DNA of 50,155 nucleotides from the IMG/VR virus record IMGVR_UViG_2870479586_000004. One strand, given 5' to 3'. This stretch comes from a virus. Its lineage: Duplodnaviria; Heunggongvirae; Uroviricota; Caudoviricetes. Positions within the stretch are counted from its first letter, which is position 1. Each line of letters begins with the position of its first letter. The notes beneath the pieces are model-generated. The model did not search any database. It was given only the letters and a program-made list of their open reading frames with translations, and was not told where the DNA came from. Position numbers and translations under genes: made by a program. This document shows positions 1 through 11,719 of this stretch, piece by piece.

Positions 1-1284
1 TTAAAGACTTCTGGAAGGTTGCGCAGCTCTGACAACACGCGGTTGATCTTCCGCAGCGTCTTCCAGCGCACTTAAATCACGGTCTTTCACTTCTGGCATT
101 TTCAGCGCAGAGATTAAACCAATCACAGAATATGCCATGATCATAATGGCGATCGGATACCAGGATTCCGTCATGGTGCAGAAAATCCCCGCCAGGATAG
201 GACCAAAACCGGAAGCGATAAGACCACCAATTTCTTTAGAAATAGCCATTCGGGTAAAGCGGTTTTTACAGCCGAACATTTCTGCCATGGTAATGTTTTC
301 CAGAGCAAATAATCCAAGCACCGCACAGTTATGAATCACAATCAGTGCAACCATAATGGTGCTCGGGGCATAGCTTTTATCTACGATGATAGAAAGCATT
401 GGCCATGCCAGCACAATTGCAGAGGTATTCATAATAATATACGGGATCCGGCGACCAATTTTATCGGATAACCAACCAAGGAACGGAATGGTCATAAAGC
501 CGAGAATCGAACTGATCATCAATGCATCTGTTGGAATTGCTTTGTTAAACAATAACGTCTGCACTAAATAGCCTGCAAGGAAAGTCTGAATTAAACCTGA
601 GTTACCAGCCTGACCAAAACGCAGCCCTGTTGCCAGCCAGAAGGATTTGCTCTGGAACATGCTACCAGCAGGTGCAGGTTTTGCTGTCGGTTGGTTGCTG
701 TCGTTAACCTTCTCAAAGACCGGGCTTTCTTTCAGATTCATACGCAACCAGATAGCAAAGACCATCACGACAACGCTCGCCAGGAAAGGTATACGCCATC
801 CCCACGCCAGCAGTTCCTCTTTACTGAGAATGAAGAACATAAAGGCCCAGATTGCCGTTGCGCTCAAGGTTCCGCAGTTAGTTCCCATAGCCACAAATGA
901 GGAGATAATTCCGCGCTTACCTTTTGGCGCATATTCCGCCAGCATCGTACCGGCACCGGAAATTTCCGCACCTGCACCCAACCCCTGAATAATACGAAGC
1001 GTCACCAGCAAGATGGGTGCAAAAACACCAATCTGTGCATAGGTCGGTAACACACCAATTAAGGTGGTACAGATCCCCATCATGGTGATGGTAATAAAGA
1101 GCACTTTTTTACGCCCTATTCTGTCGCCCATTTTGCCGAAAATAAATGCTCCGACAATACGTGCCACATAACCTGCACCATAGGTTCCCATTGCCAGAAT
1201 TAACGCCATTGCCGTTGATGATTCAGGAAAAAATATTTCATGAAACACTAACGCTGCGCCGAGCGAATATAACTGGAAATCCAT
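1..1284 (-). CDS. ydfJ: MFS metabolite:H+ symporter (ProP/ShiA-like family), 427 aa, complete
   Basis: Full ORF with stop at 1-3; about 12 predicted TM segments; MFS signature GDRIGRKK between TM2 and TM3; recalled similarity to K-12 YdfJ which flanks Qin. Confidence 0.8.
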   Translation of the reverse strand: MDFQLYSLGAALVFHEIFFPESSTAMALILAMGTYGAGYVARIVGAFIFGKMGDRIGRKKVLFITITMMGICTTLIGVLPTYAQIGVFAPILLVTLRIIQGLGAGAEISGAGTMLAEYAPKGKRGIISSFVAMGTNCGTLSATAIWAFMFFILSKEELLAWGWRIPFLASVVVMVFAIWLRMNLKESPVFEKVNDSNQPTAKPAPAGSMFQSKSFWLATGLRFGQAGNSGLIQTFLAGYLVQTLLFNKAIPTDALMISSILGFMTIPFLGWLSDKIGRRIPYIIMNTSAIVLAWPMLSIIVDKSYAPSTIMVALIVIHNCAVLGLFALENITMAEMFGCKNRFTRMAISKEIGGLIASGFGPILAGIFCTMTESWYPIAIMIMAYSVIGLISALKMPEVKDRDLSALEDAAEDQPRVVRAAQPSRSL

Positions 1285-1887
1285 AATTCACAGGTGTTTT
1301 TTCCCATCCTGTGGTTTCCTTGGCGTTTTCTAGGTTTTTTCAGATAGTTGCATTTTTTAAAAAGCATCCTAAGTTCGATCTCAGTGTCTATCTGGGGCCT
1401 ATTTCTGTCCCATATATGCCCCAAAAAAACTCCCTAACAGATAAGTAGTTTTTTCATGGATTTATGCGTAAAATCAAGAACGGCTGGAAATCATTCAATA
1501 CTCACACTATCGAAAAATTTACCAGCCAACCGCAGCACGTTCTTGCATAAGGCGTGTCTGCGGTTTTTCAACTATTCAGATACATCACTCCCATCACATT
1601 CATTCCTCCGCATCAAAGGCATATAGGCTATATCACCTTGATATTTTTCTTTTTCAGATAAAAACTGTTATCTATGTATACTTTTAAACCCAATCCGTGT
1701 AGAGTCTCTGCATAAGATAGTTTGCAGTTGCCGCTTCAGCTTGCGCCATAAACCGCCTGATTTTTGCTGCCACCTGTTAGCATTCCTGTATACCTGAAAC
1801 GACAATGTTTATCTACGAACTTTAAGAACACCCAAGATAAAAATTGTCAACTATATCATATATAACACATTACTAATTCGAGGCTAT

Positions 1888-2001
1888 ATGAACAGCATAC
1901 TGATAATCACTTCTCTCCTTATCATATTCAGCATTTTTAGTCATGCCCTAATAAAATTAGGGATTGGCATATCCAATAACCCAGACAAAACCGATGTATA
2001 A
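1888..2001 (+). CDS. hypothetical small hydrophobic protein, 37 aa ([37 protein letters not shown])
   Basis: ATG at 1888 preceded by GAGG about 6 nt upstream; one predicted TM helix; below the ORF-track size cutoff. Confidence 0.3.
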
Positions 2002-2069
2002 GTCAACATATCCTGAATCAGACATACAATATCGCAATGAAAATCAATAATATTTTAAGGAATATCTTC

Positions 2070-2303
2070 ATGAAATCAAAAGACACCCTAAAGTGGTTCC
2101 CTGCGCAGCTTCCTGAAGTAAGAATTATCCTAGGGGATGCTGTAGTGGAAGTAGCAAAACAGGGAAGACCTATCAATACCAGAACATTGCTTGATTACAT
2201 TGAAGGAAACATAAAGAAAAAATCATGGCTGGATAACAAAGAATTATTACAAACAGCGATATCAGTTCTTAAAGACAACCAAAATTTAAATGGTAAAATG
2301 TAA
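2070..2303 (+). CDS. ydfK: YdfK/YnaE-family cold-shock-induced prophage protein, 77 aa
   Basis: Internal ATG at 2070 with AAGGA 9 nt upstream; product MKSKDTLKWFPAQLPEV... matches recalled K-12 YdfK. Confidence 0.7.
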   Translation: MKSKDTLKWFPAQLPEVRIILGDAVVEVAKQGRPINTRTLLDYIEGNIKKKSWLDNKELLQTAISVLKDNQNLNGKM

Positions 2304-2619
2304 TATAATAAACTTACTTTTTTATCATTTTTCCACTTTAACAACATTTTGCTCCACTTTTCCACGATCAAACAACTTGAAATCTGGTTAAAATAACACG
2401 CAACACTATTCTTCTTCCTTGAGTCCGCCCGGAACTCGAAAAACAAACCGAGTTAAAGCCATTTTTCACAAAATCGATTTTGGGTCTCACCAAAATTACG
2501 GGGTTGCATACGCATTCGTTTATTTTCGAACGTGTACATACAAATATGCACAAAAATAATCAAAATTATTTTCTGAGATGCATTATGATATGAACACCAA
2601 TTTCGTATAGAGTCTCACT

Positions 2620-3209
2620 ATGTCTCGAATTTTTGCTTACTGTCGGATATCAACGCTGGATCAGACCATCGAAAATCAACGCCGGGAAATCGAAAGTGCA
2701 GGTTTTAAAATCAAACCTCAGCAAATAATCGAAGAACACATTAGCGGCTCAGCAGCAACCAGTGAGCGTCCTGGTTTTAACCGGTTGCTTGCTCGCCTGA
2801 AATGTGGTGATCAATTGATTGTGACAAAACTGGATCGCCTTGGTTGTAATGCAATGGATATCAGGAAAACAGTGGAACAACTGACCGAAACAGGTATCAG
2901 AGTGCATTGCTTAGCATTGGGGGCATTGACCTGACCAGTCCAACAGGAAAAATGATGATGCACGTAATTTCAGCAGTCGCTGAATTTGAACGAGACCTTT
3001 TACTTGAACGCACTCATTCCGGGATAGTAAGAGCCCGCGGCGCAGGGAAACGTTTTGGTCGACCACCTGTGTTAAATGAAGAACAGAAACAGGTGGTATT
3101 CGAACGAATTAAGTCAGGTGTAAGTATAAGTGCCATTGCCCGGGAATTCAAAACCTCGCGGCAAACCATTTTAAGAGCCAAAGCAAAACTTCAGACACCT
3201 GACATATAA
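2620..3209 (+). pseudogene. pinQ: serine recombinase (PinQ/PinR-like), frame broken by an apparent 1-nt deletion in the G5 run at 2919-2923
   Basis: ORFs 2620-2934 and 2907-3209 are N- and C-terminal halves of one resolvase-family protein (catalytic [10 protein letters not shown]-terminal HTH); adding one G restores ...[17 protein letters not shown]...; total 590 nt, one short of 196 codons plus stop. Confidence 0.8.
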
Positions 3210-3306
3210 AAAATAATCTCGGTGTGAGATGCTTTACGTCTTCCAAGCCCCCTTCCTTGCCGTAAATGGAAAGATACATCTAATTATAGAATTTATATGT
3301 TTTACC

Positions 3307-3882
3307 CTACGGCAGTGCTGGCCATTCAATATCCTGTGCAGTTGACGTATCAACACGGTTCAGCAACACCCGATACTTTTTCCAGGCTTCCAGCAATGAG
3401 GTTTCTTCCTCCGTTGCGATTTCCAGATCTACAGCATCCTGAAGTGGCGCAATATGCTCACTGGCTACCTGCATCAGGCTGTTTTTTGTTTCTTCCGCCT
3501 CTCGGATCCGGAACAGTTTTTCTGCTTCTGCATCTTTCACCCAGGCTGTGCCGTTCCACTTCTGAAACTCCCCTTCCGGCGATAACCAGGTAACATTTTC
3601 CGGTAACGGACCGAGTTCAGAAATAAATAACGCGTCCCCTGACGCTACGTCATAAACCGTTTTACCCCGATGGTCTTCAACGAGATGCCACGATGCCTTA
3701 TCACTGTTGAAAACAGCCACAAAGCCAGCAGGAATATCTGGTGGTGCAATATCGGTACTGTTTGCTGGCAGACCTGTATGAGGCGGAATATATGCGTCAC
3801 CTTCACCAATAAATTCATTAGTTCCGGCCAGCAGATTATAAATTTTTATGGTCCGTGGTTGTTCACTCATTCTGAATGCCAT
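3307..3882 (-). CDS. tfa: tail fiber assembly protein (Tfa)
   Basis: 191 aa; recalled similarity to lambda/Qin Tfa; immediately downstream of stf. Confidence 0.9.
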   Translation of the reverse strand: MAFRMSEQPRTIKIYNLLAGTNEFIGEGDAYIPPHTGLPANSTDIAPPDIPAGFVAVFNSDKASWHLVEDHRGKTVYDVASGDALFISELGPLPENVTWLSPEGEFQKWNGTAWVKDAEAEKLFRIREAEETKNSLMQVASEHIAPLQDAVDLEIATEEETSLLEAWKKYRVLLNRVDTSTAQDIEWPALP

Positions 3883-6848
3883 TATGCAAGCCTCACAATA
3901 TAGTTAAATGCGATGTTTTTGACGGTGTTTTCCGCGTTACCAGCAGCGTTAACGGTGATGGTGTGTCCATGTGAACCAATCGCAACGGAGTGCGTATGAG
4001 CACCAATACCGACAGTATGCGCGTGTGCACCTGCAGATGCTGCTGTGCCGGACAGTGAATGGCTATGATTACCATCTGTACTGGTATTCGCTAACCACCC
4101 CGTAGACATACCTACTGAGCCTTGTACACCCCAGGTATTTTGACCTGAGCTTGTATAACCATATTGATAAGTATCTTTAAAAACACTGGGGTTAAATCGA
4201 CGGCCATCTCTATGGCTGTGATTACCAGCTGCATTCGTGCTGCCACTTAAACTATGGGTATGCGCACCAGTGTTATTCGTGGATTTAGTGCCGTAATCAA
4301 ACGACGATGTGTTTTTCGTCCCCAAATCCGTACTGGATGCGCTGGCGCTGTGGGTGTGCGATTTAATGCCGTCCTGTTCCTGAGACAATACGGCACGACC
4401 ACTGGCGGGTTTGCCCTTAATCGTCCAGCCACGCATATCAGGGATCACGCCTGACGGATAAGCGGCTGCAAGTTTCGGGTATGCAGATTTGTCAAAAGTC
4501 TGCCCCTGCATCAGGGCATAGCCAGACGGAACGGTATCTGATGGCCACGGGATTGGTGCGCCAGGCGGATAAAACTGCTCTGATGGCGTATAGAGTGAAT
4601 AAACTGTACCGTCCGTTAACCCTTCCGGCTTATTAGCAGAATATGCTGGTGACGTATGAATCGTCACGCTGGCATTACTGGTATAATCCCATTGAATATT
4701 TACACCAGTCGCATAATTTCCGATTGCAACGTAAATATCGTAAGTATCACCAGATGTATTGACCCAGGCAAAATTTGTAAACCCTGTCGATGTGCGCTGC
4801 CATAAAGCACCAGTAATCCCCTTCGGATTACCATTACCTGCACGTAAAACAAGTTCAGATATACCTGCCTGTTGAGGTGACCCCACGTTAAATCCAGCGC
4901 CACCAATCAACGTAATTGAAACAACAGAACTCGCCTGTGGCATGGTTACCGTTGCTAATTTGAACCAACCAGCACCACCGCTGAATGACATTGTTGTTGA
5001 GTTAAGCGTACCAATATCTTTCGGCGTCAGTGTTATATCCGCTGAAAGCGCCTTACCATTCACCTTACGGGCAGAAGGTACCCGACCATTCGCATTGTCA
5101 TTAGCTGCTTTCACTGCTTTCGGTGTCGCAGCAAGCGTTTCAGATGTGCTGTTGGTTGCACTACTGAGCTGGACAATTCCTTTTTGTGCTGTCGTAGCGT
5201 CCTGTGCGGTGTATTTCCCGTTAGCCAGGTCATACGCGGCCTTAACGGCTTTTGGCGTTGCCGCCTGTGACTCGGAAGTGCTGTTAGTCGCACTGCTGAG
5301 CTGAACTATCCCTTTCTGTGCTGTCGTTGCATCCTGTGCGGTGTATTTCCCGTTAGCCAGGTCATACGCGGCCTTAACGGCTTTTGGCGTTGCCGCCTGT
5401 GACTCGGAAGTGCTGTTGGTCGCACTGCTGAGCTGTACTATCCCCTTTTTCGTCGTGCTCGCATCCTCAAGCGCCACGGCGGATGCAATATCCTCTGCCC
5501 GTTTTGCTGCTGTCTCGGCGCGCGTTGCCGCGGATTCCGCCGTACTTTTGCTCTGTGCTGCCGCTGCCGCACTGCCAGCAGCCTCTGTCGCCTTCGTGGA
5601 TGCCGTCGTGGCGCTGCCCCTCGCTGCTGACGCCTGTCTGGTCGCCTCATCTTTTGAAGCAGACGCAGATGATGCCGATGACGCCGCCGAACTGGCGGAC
5701 GATGCGGCAGCCGTTTTTGAGGATTCTGCGCTGGTTTCCGACGCTTTCGCGTTCGTTTCGGATGTCTTCGCTGCGGAAGCAGACCTCGCTGCTGCGCTGG
5801 CCTGTTCAGTGGCTTCGCCAGCCTTCGTTGTGGCTGTTGAAGCGGATGATGCGGCGCTTTCTGCCGATTTTCCGGCGGCGGTGGCACTGACTGCTGCCTT
5901 CTCTGCCTTAATGGACGCCTCACGGGCCGATGATGCAGCTGCTGTCTCAGAGTCTGCCGCAGCTGAGGCGCTCTGTTCCGCTGCCGTTTCAGAAGACCTG
6001 GCATTCGTCTCGGACGTTTTTGCCGCCTTCACGGAATTTCCTGCCGCCGTTGCCGAGGAGGCTGCACTGCTGGCGCTTGTGGAGGCGTTCGTTTCTGATG
6101 ATTTCGCTGCCTCTTTTGAGGCCGCCGCATCCCGGGCTGAAGTGGCGGCTTCTGACGCTTTCGTCGTCGCAGTGGATGCAGAAGTGGCTGCTGATTTTTG
6201 TGACGCTGCAGCATTCGTTTCTGACGTTTTCGCCGCACCGGCACTGGTGGCCGCCGCGCTTTTTGAGGACTCTGCAGCGGCAGCACTTTTTGATGCTTCA
6301 GTGGCCTTTGTTGATGCCGTTCCTGCGCTGGAAGACGCCTCCTGAGCCGAAGTCGCGGCCTGTCCGGCTGACGTGCTGGCTGCACGCGCTGAGCCTGCAG
6401 CATCAGTCGCATGGGTTGCCGCCTCACGGGCTGATGTGCTGGCATCGCTGGCTGACTTCTTCGCGGCGGCTGTGTTCTGTGCCACCGCGGACGCGTTACG
6501 CGCCACCTCTTCCACCATCAGTTCAAAACGTCGCAGTGCCTCCGGACGGGCATCATCCTCCGTCATGGCACCGAGAAAATCATTCAGCGTACCGGGTTGA
6601 GAATCTTCATACACGGTGATGGTCCCGGCATGTGACGGCGGGAATCCCTCCACCAACAGAATAACGCTGTACTGACCGTACTCAACGTCCATACTGTAAC
6701 GCCCGGCTTCATCCGGATTTTCTGAGGCCAGCGTGTTCACCACCACAGTGGTACTGTTACGTTTTGCTTTCAGCTGGATTGTGCAGTTCTGTACCGGTTT
6801 TCCTGTGCCGTCTTTCAGTACACCTGAAATCTTTACTGCCATATTCAC
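3882..6848 (-). CDS. stf: side tail fiber protein (Stf), 988 aa
   Basis: N-terminus [29 protein letters not shown]... typical of lambda Stf; long Ala/Ser/Thr-rich shaft; 45-aa unit repeated three times; His-rich C-terminal region (HSHSLSG...[14 protein letters not shown]). Confidence 0.9.
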   Translation of the reverse strand: MNMAVKISGVLKDGTGKPVQNCTIQLKAKRNSTTVVVNTLASENPDEAGRYSMDVEYGQYSVILLVEGFPPSHAGTITVYEDSQPGTLNDFLGAMTEDDARPEALRRFELMVEEVARNASAVAQNTAAAKKSASDASTSAREAATHATDAAGSARAASTSAGQAATSAQEASSSAGTASTKATEASKSAAAAESSKSAAATSAGAAKTSETNAAASQKSAATSASTATTKASEAATSARDAAASKEAAKSSETNASTSASSAASSATAAGNSVKAAKTSETNARSSETAAEQSASAAADSETAAASSAREASIKAEKAAVSATAAGKSAESAASSASTATTKAGEATEQASAAARSASAAKTSETNAKASETSAESSKTAAASSASSAASSASSASASKDEATRQASAARGSATTASTKATEAAGSAAAAAQSKSTAESAATRAETAAKRAEDIASAVALEDASTTKKGIVQLSSATNSTSESQAATPKAVKAAYDLANGKYTAQDATTAQKGIVQLSSATNSTSESQAATPKAVKAAYDLANGKYTAQDATTAQKGIVQLSSATNSTSETLAATPKAVKAANDNANGRVPSARKVNGKALSADITLTPKDIGTLNSTTMSFSGGAGWFKLATVTMPQASSVVSITLIGGAGFNVGSPQQAGISELVLRAGNGNPKGITGALWQRTSTGFTNFAWVNTSGDTYDIYVAIGNYATGVNIQWDYTSNASVTIHTSPAYSANKPEGLTDGTVYSLYTPSEQFYPPGAPIPWPSDTVPSGYALMQGQTFDKSAYPKLAAAYPSGVIPDMRGWTIKGKPASGRAVLSQEQDGIKSHTHSASASSTDLGTKNTSSFDYGTKSTNNTGAHTHSLSGSTNAAGNHSHRDGRRFNPSVFKDTYQYGYTSSGQNTWGVQGSVGMSTGWLANTSTDGNHSHSLSGTAASAGAHAHTVGIGAHTHSVAIGSHGHTITVNAAGNAENTVKNIAFNYIVRLA
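5077..5452. repeat. tandem coding repeat inside stf, about 132-135 bp x3 (first copy diverged)
   Basis: Near-identical DNA copies at 5209-5340 and 5341-5450 with a diverged copy upstream; encodes the triplicated 45-aa unit [44 protein letters not shown]. Confidence 0.8.
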
Positions 6849-6850
6849 CC

Positions 6851-6880
6851 CACAAAAAAGCCCGCCTGAACCGGCGGGCT
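6851..6880 (-). terminator. intrinsic terminator downstream of lom
   Basis: Minus-strand hairpin GCCCGCC-loop-GGCGGGC followed by a T-run (plus-strand A-run 6854-6859). Confidence 0.6.
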
Positions 6881-6906
6881 GTCATAACACTGTGTTACCT
6901 GGCTAA

Positions 6907-7506
6907 TCAGAATTTATAACCGACACCCACGATGAAACCGTCAGTGCGCCAGTCGCCACTGCCGGAACCTTCATAAGCAAGGTCAATGGCCACGGATTCG
7001 GTCGGGTTAAACTGCACGCCAGCCCCCCACGCCAGAGACGTGTTGCTGTGGCGACCGTCATCACTTCCGGTCAGCACATCGTGCGTTTTCCCCTTGTTGT
7101 CAGTTACGCGGAGATAATCCCCGGAGAAAGTCGACACACGGCTGTAAGCCACACCCGCCATCGCATACGCGCTGAACCATTCATTCACGCGTACAGACGG
7201 CCCCGCCATCACGCTGAACCAGCGGTTACGCACGGAATCTTCATGCCAGCGGATATCGCTGTAACGGGTCAGCTGGCGATTCTTGTCTCCTGCATAGCTG
7301 AATGACGTCACCATTCCCAGCGTGTCCGTAAACTCATAACGGTATTTCACGTTAATCCCGTTAAGATCATCGCTGCCGGGAACGTTCGTCGAGGCATGAA
7401 GATACCCCGCGCTCAGCGTGGACTGATGTTCAGATGCCCATGCAGGCGCACCGGATACGGCCAGACAAATGGCTGCGGACAAAATTGCTGCACAAACTTT
7501 ACGCAT
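6907..7506 (-). CDS. lom: Lom outer-membrane protein (Ail/Lom family beta-barrel), 199 aa
   Basis: Signal peptide then beta-barrel sequence ending ...GFIVGVGYKF; recalled match to lambda Lom. Confidence 0.9.
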   Translation of the reverse strand: MRKVCAAILSAAICLAVSGAPAWASEHQSTLSAGYLHASTNVPGSDDLNGINVKYRYEFTDTLGMVTSFSYAGDKNRQLTRYSDIRWHEDSVRNRWFSVMAGPSVRVNEWFSAYAMAGVAYSRVSTFSGDYLRVTDNKGKTHDVLTGSDDGRHSNTSLAWGAGVQFNPTESVAIDLAYEGSGSGDWRTDGFIVGVGYKF

Positions 7507-7575
7507 AATTACCTCTCGCTTTTCTGCAATAAAAAAGACACCATTTCTGGTGCCCTTATATGGGTTATAACAATT

Positions 7576-10500
7576 TCAACGAATACTGATGCCGGAAGCG
7601 GCTTTTTTGGTCACAATCACCGTACAGTCGGTGATATTGCCTGCCCCCTGATTGCCTTTCTGGAAAATCTTAAACTCCAGAGTGACGCTACCACCACCAC
7701 TAGGCATATCAATAACTGCACTGTAACTACCGGGAATGGCCCCTTTAGTTTCTCTGGATGCGATTAATACGCCGTTTTTGCGAACTTCAAAACCATAACC
7801 CGTGTATCGCGTGCCTCCCGGGTTATTTCCGCTCCCCGGATCGTCATACGCTATACCGTTAAAAATAATGGGCGGAATAATAATCTGGCGGTCAAAGTTA
7901 TGATCATCGCTGATGGTGACTGTAACCGTACCGTTTGGTGTTTCCGTGTTACCCCACGTACCGACTTTTTTCGGGAAGGCTTTTGATACAGCTTTAACGA
8001 AATCCCCTCTGACCTGGGTCGCCTCCAGCATGCCCTTAATCGTACAGTTCTGGTTAATCGTGACATTGTTGAGCGTTCCTGAGTTCGCATTCACACTACC
8101 ACTGATATCCGCATTTTTAGCGGTCAGCTTTCCGTCTGATGTCAGGGAAAATACCGGAGGACTGCCACCGCTGGTAATGGCGGGGGCTGTCAGGCGCTTC
8201 AGGAACACGTCGTTCATGAATATCTGGTTGCCCTGCGCCACAAACATCGGCGTTTCATTCCCGTTTGCCGGGTCAATAAACGCGATACGGTTAGCGGCAA
8301 CCAGGAACTGGCTCAGTTTGCCTTCCTCCGTATCCTCCATGCTGAGGCCAAGCCCCGCGACATAATGTTTGCCGTCTTTGGTCTGCTCAATTTTGACGCC
8401 CCACATGGCATTCCATTTATCGTTGGCGTCCTTCCACTCTTTCGAAAACTCCTCCAGTCTGCTGGCGTTATCCTCCGTCAGCTCGACTTTTTCCAGCAGC
8501 TCCTTGCCGAGATGGGATTCGGTTATCTTGCCTTTGAAAAAATCCAGGTAACCTTCCGCATCATCGCTCGCCCGACCGACGGCCTCCACGAATGCCGATT
8601 TGCCAACGGTGTTCACACTGCGGATATAAAAGTAATAATCATGGCCCGGTTTGATATTGATACTGGCGGCTATCCAGTACAGCGCCGTACCAAGATAGCG
8701 GGCTGTGGTTTCAACCTGCCTGATATCGGTAATCTGCTTTTCCGAGAACCAGAATTCAAACTGTACCGTCGGATCATAAACCGCAAGATGCGGCGTGGCG
8801 GTTATCTGAAAATAGCCCGGCGTCAGCTCAATCTGTGACGGCGCTGCCGGTGCGGCAATCCGGAACGATACCGACGCCGGATCGCCCTGCTGTCCCCGGG
8901 CATTTACCGCCCGGACTGTCAGCGTGTAACGCCCCAACGCCAGCTGCCTGAAGCGGTATGTGGTTTCCGTCGTCCGGGCCGTGCTGACCAGCCGCTCACT
9001 GCCGTCATCCGCTGCCACGGTCAGGCGAAGCATAAAGCTCCCCCCTTCACCACCTTCGGCGTATCCCAGCGCGCCAGCACCTGGTATTCCCCGCTGTCTG
9101 CGGTGACTTCTGCGGTCAGGTGCTGCACTGCTGGCGGCGTGACACCATTCACCGTGCCGCTCTGGTCGCCGTCAAAGTGCGCCCCGTTATCCACGATGGC
9201 CTCTTTCTCCGGCACATGCTGCACAGCGGTGATGGCATACGTGCCTTCGTCATTCTCACGGATACTCACGCAGCGGAACAGGCGCTGGCGCAGCGTCGGC
9301 AGCTTCAGCCCCCATACACTGTATTCAGCAACACCGTCAGGAACACGGCTCACTTTTACCTTCACGCCGTCGGTGACGGACTGAACCTCCACGCTGACCG
9401 GATTGCCACTTCCGTCAACCAGGCTTATCAGCGTGGTACCGGAGGATGGCAGCGTGATTTCACGGTCGAGCGTCAGCGTCCGGGTCTGGCTGTTCACCGC
9501 CAGCACACGACCACCGGTGCTGATACCGGCATAGTCATCATCACAGATTTCAATGACATCGCCCGGCACATGGCGAAGCCCTTCTGCGCCCACGCAGAAG
9601 TCCACGGTCTGCGTTTCCAGCAGTTCTGTTTTAATCAGCCACAGCCCGGCGCGGTGTGCCTGCCCCCGGCTGGTACAGCCAAAAGCATCCATCTTCGTGA
9701 CGTTACGACCGTAACGGGCAATGGCCTGCGTATCCTCCACAAGCTCTGTCGCCGTCTCCCAGCCGTTGTTCGGGTCAATCCAGTTCACCTCAACGGCATT
9801 ATGGCGGTCTTTCAGGGCGCTAAAGCTGTAGCGGAACGGCGCGCCATCATCCGGCATCACCACATTACTGCGGTTATAGGTCCACACCTTATCCGACGGT
9901 CGGTCCTGCACGAACGTCAGCGTCTGCCCGTTCCATACCGGCATACAGCGCATCGCCGAGCAGAAATCACTGAGCACATCCCACGCCTTGCGCTGTGTGG
10001 TCAGGTACGCATTACAGGTGATGCGCGGCTCCGTGCCGCCAAAGCCGTCCGGCACTGACTGGTCGCAGTACTGGCCGATGACATACAGCGCCCATTTGTC
10101 CACATCCGCCGCACCAAGACGTTTCCCCATGCCGTAGCGTGGATGGGTCAGCATATCCCACAGACACCAGGCCATGTTATTGCTGTATGCTGGCTTAAAC
10201 GTTCCGTCCCAGATACCGCTGTATTGCCGCGTCTGCGGGTTATAGTTCGACGGCACCTGCAGAATACGCCCGCGCAGATGATAATTACGGCTCACCTGCT
10301 GACTGCCGAACTGCTCTGAGTCCACCTGTACGCCAACCAGTGCCGTGTTCGGGTAGCACTGTTTCACATCGATGATTTCGGTGTATGACGACCAGAGCGT
10401 TTTGTTCTGCAGCTGGTCTGTGGTGCTGTCCGGTGTCATCCTGCGCATCCGGATATTGAACGGGCGCGGCGGCAGGTTATCCACCACCACCGAGGCCAGA

Positions 10501-10988
10501 TACTGCGAGGTGGTTTTGCCCTTAATGGTGATGTCTTTTTCCGTCACCCAGCCACCGTTACGTTGTATCTGAACCAGCAGGCGGACTTCCGACGGATTCC
10601 GGTCCCCCTTTGAAGTGGTTTCCACCAGTGCCTGCACACCGAAGGTAAAGCGCAGACGGTCGATGTTTGCCGACGTGATGGTCCGGGTAATCGGCGTGTC
10701 GTACTTCACTTCCGTACCCAGCACCGTCTCGGAGCCGGAGGATTCAAATCCCTCCGGCGGTGTCTGCTCCTGCTCACCAGCCCGGAAAACCACCGTGACA
10801 CCGGAGATATTGGTATTCCCCTCACTGTCCAGCACTGGCGTACTGTTCAGCAGCACACTTTTTAATCCGTCCACCGGACCTTCAATCGGCCCTTCACTGA
10901 TGGCGTCTATCACGCTCAGCATCTGGGATGATTTCAGGTTGTCCTTCGCTTCGCGCGGGGTATGCCCCTTACTGCTGCCTTTACCCAT
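7576..10988 (-). pseudogene. J: tail tip host-specificity protein J, frame broken near the C6 run at 9050-9055
   Basis: ORF 9021-10988 (655 aa) matches the lambda J N-terminus (MGKGSSKGHTPREAKDNLKS...); ORF 7576-9033 (485 aa) continues J; total 3413 nt, one short of in-frame; the last ~130 aa diverge from lambda J. Confidence 0.85.
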
Positions 10989-11048
10989 TCCTCACGCTCC
11001 AGAAACGACAAAACCGCCCTGAGGCGGTTTCACATAAAACGTTTTTCA

Positions 11049-11719
11049 TCAACGACCAATCACCACAACCTGACCACCGTCCCCCTCGTCTGCCGTGCTG
11101 ATCTCCTGAGAAGCCACCCGCGACCCCACGCGCATTTCACCGTACAGAACAGGCAGAACATTGCCCTGGGCAACCATGTTATCCAGTGAGGAGAAATAGG
11201 TGTTCTGTTTGCCGTTATCCGTTGTCTGTGTACGGGGAGTTCTGGCTTTCGGTGCCAGCATCTGCGCCACACCACCGAGCACCATACTGGCACCGAGAGA
11301 AAACAGGATGCCGGTCATACCACCGGCCCCAATGGCTGCCCCCATGCTGCAAGGGTGGCTCCGGCGGTAAAGAATGATCCGGCAATGGCGGCAGCCCCCA
11401 GGACAATCTGGAATACGCCACCTGACTTGGCCCCGGCGACTCTGGGAACAATATGAATCACAGCGCCATCAGGCAGAGTCTCATGTAACTGCGCCGTTAA
11501 CCCGGACGTGCTGACGTCCCGCCCGGCAATCCGTACCTGATACCAGCCGTCGCTCAGTTTCTGACGAAACACCGGGAGCTGTGTGGCCAGTGCGCGGATG
11601 GCTTCAGCCCCCGTTTTCACACGAAGGTCGATGCGGCGGCCAAATCGTTGCAAATCCCCGTAAAGGCAGATGCGCGCCATGCCCGGTGACGCCAGAGGGA
11701 GTGTGTGCGTCGCTGCCAT
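11049..11719 (-). pseudogene. I: tail assembly protein I, frame broken by an apparent 1-nt deletion at 11340-11344
   Basis: 11315-11719 encodes the I N-terminus (MAATHTLPLASPGMARICLYGDLQRF...), 11049-11345 the C-terminus (...GGQVVVIGR); adding one G restores AAWGAAIGAGGMT; 671 nt versus 672 expected. Confidence 0.85.

Noticed and set aside
2304-3306. Invertible tail-fiber segment associated with the pin recombinase
   Set aside because: Only one stf/tfa set is present and no pair of inverted crossover sites flanks it; the 14-bp palindrome CAAAATCGATTTTG at 2470-2483 is isolated
5077-5452. Possible CRISPR array suggested by tandem repeats
   Set aside because: Repeats are contiguous with no spacers, lie inside a coding region and encode a repeated peptide; no cas genes present
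5341-6619. Long plus-strand ORFs (334, 229, 135 aa) rich in Ala, Pro and Arg overlapping stf
   Set aside because: They are antisense or alternate-frame shadows of the GC-rich, Ala/Ser/Thr-rich stf gene; low-complexity products with no start context
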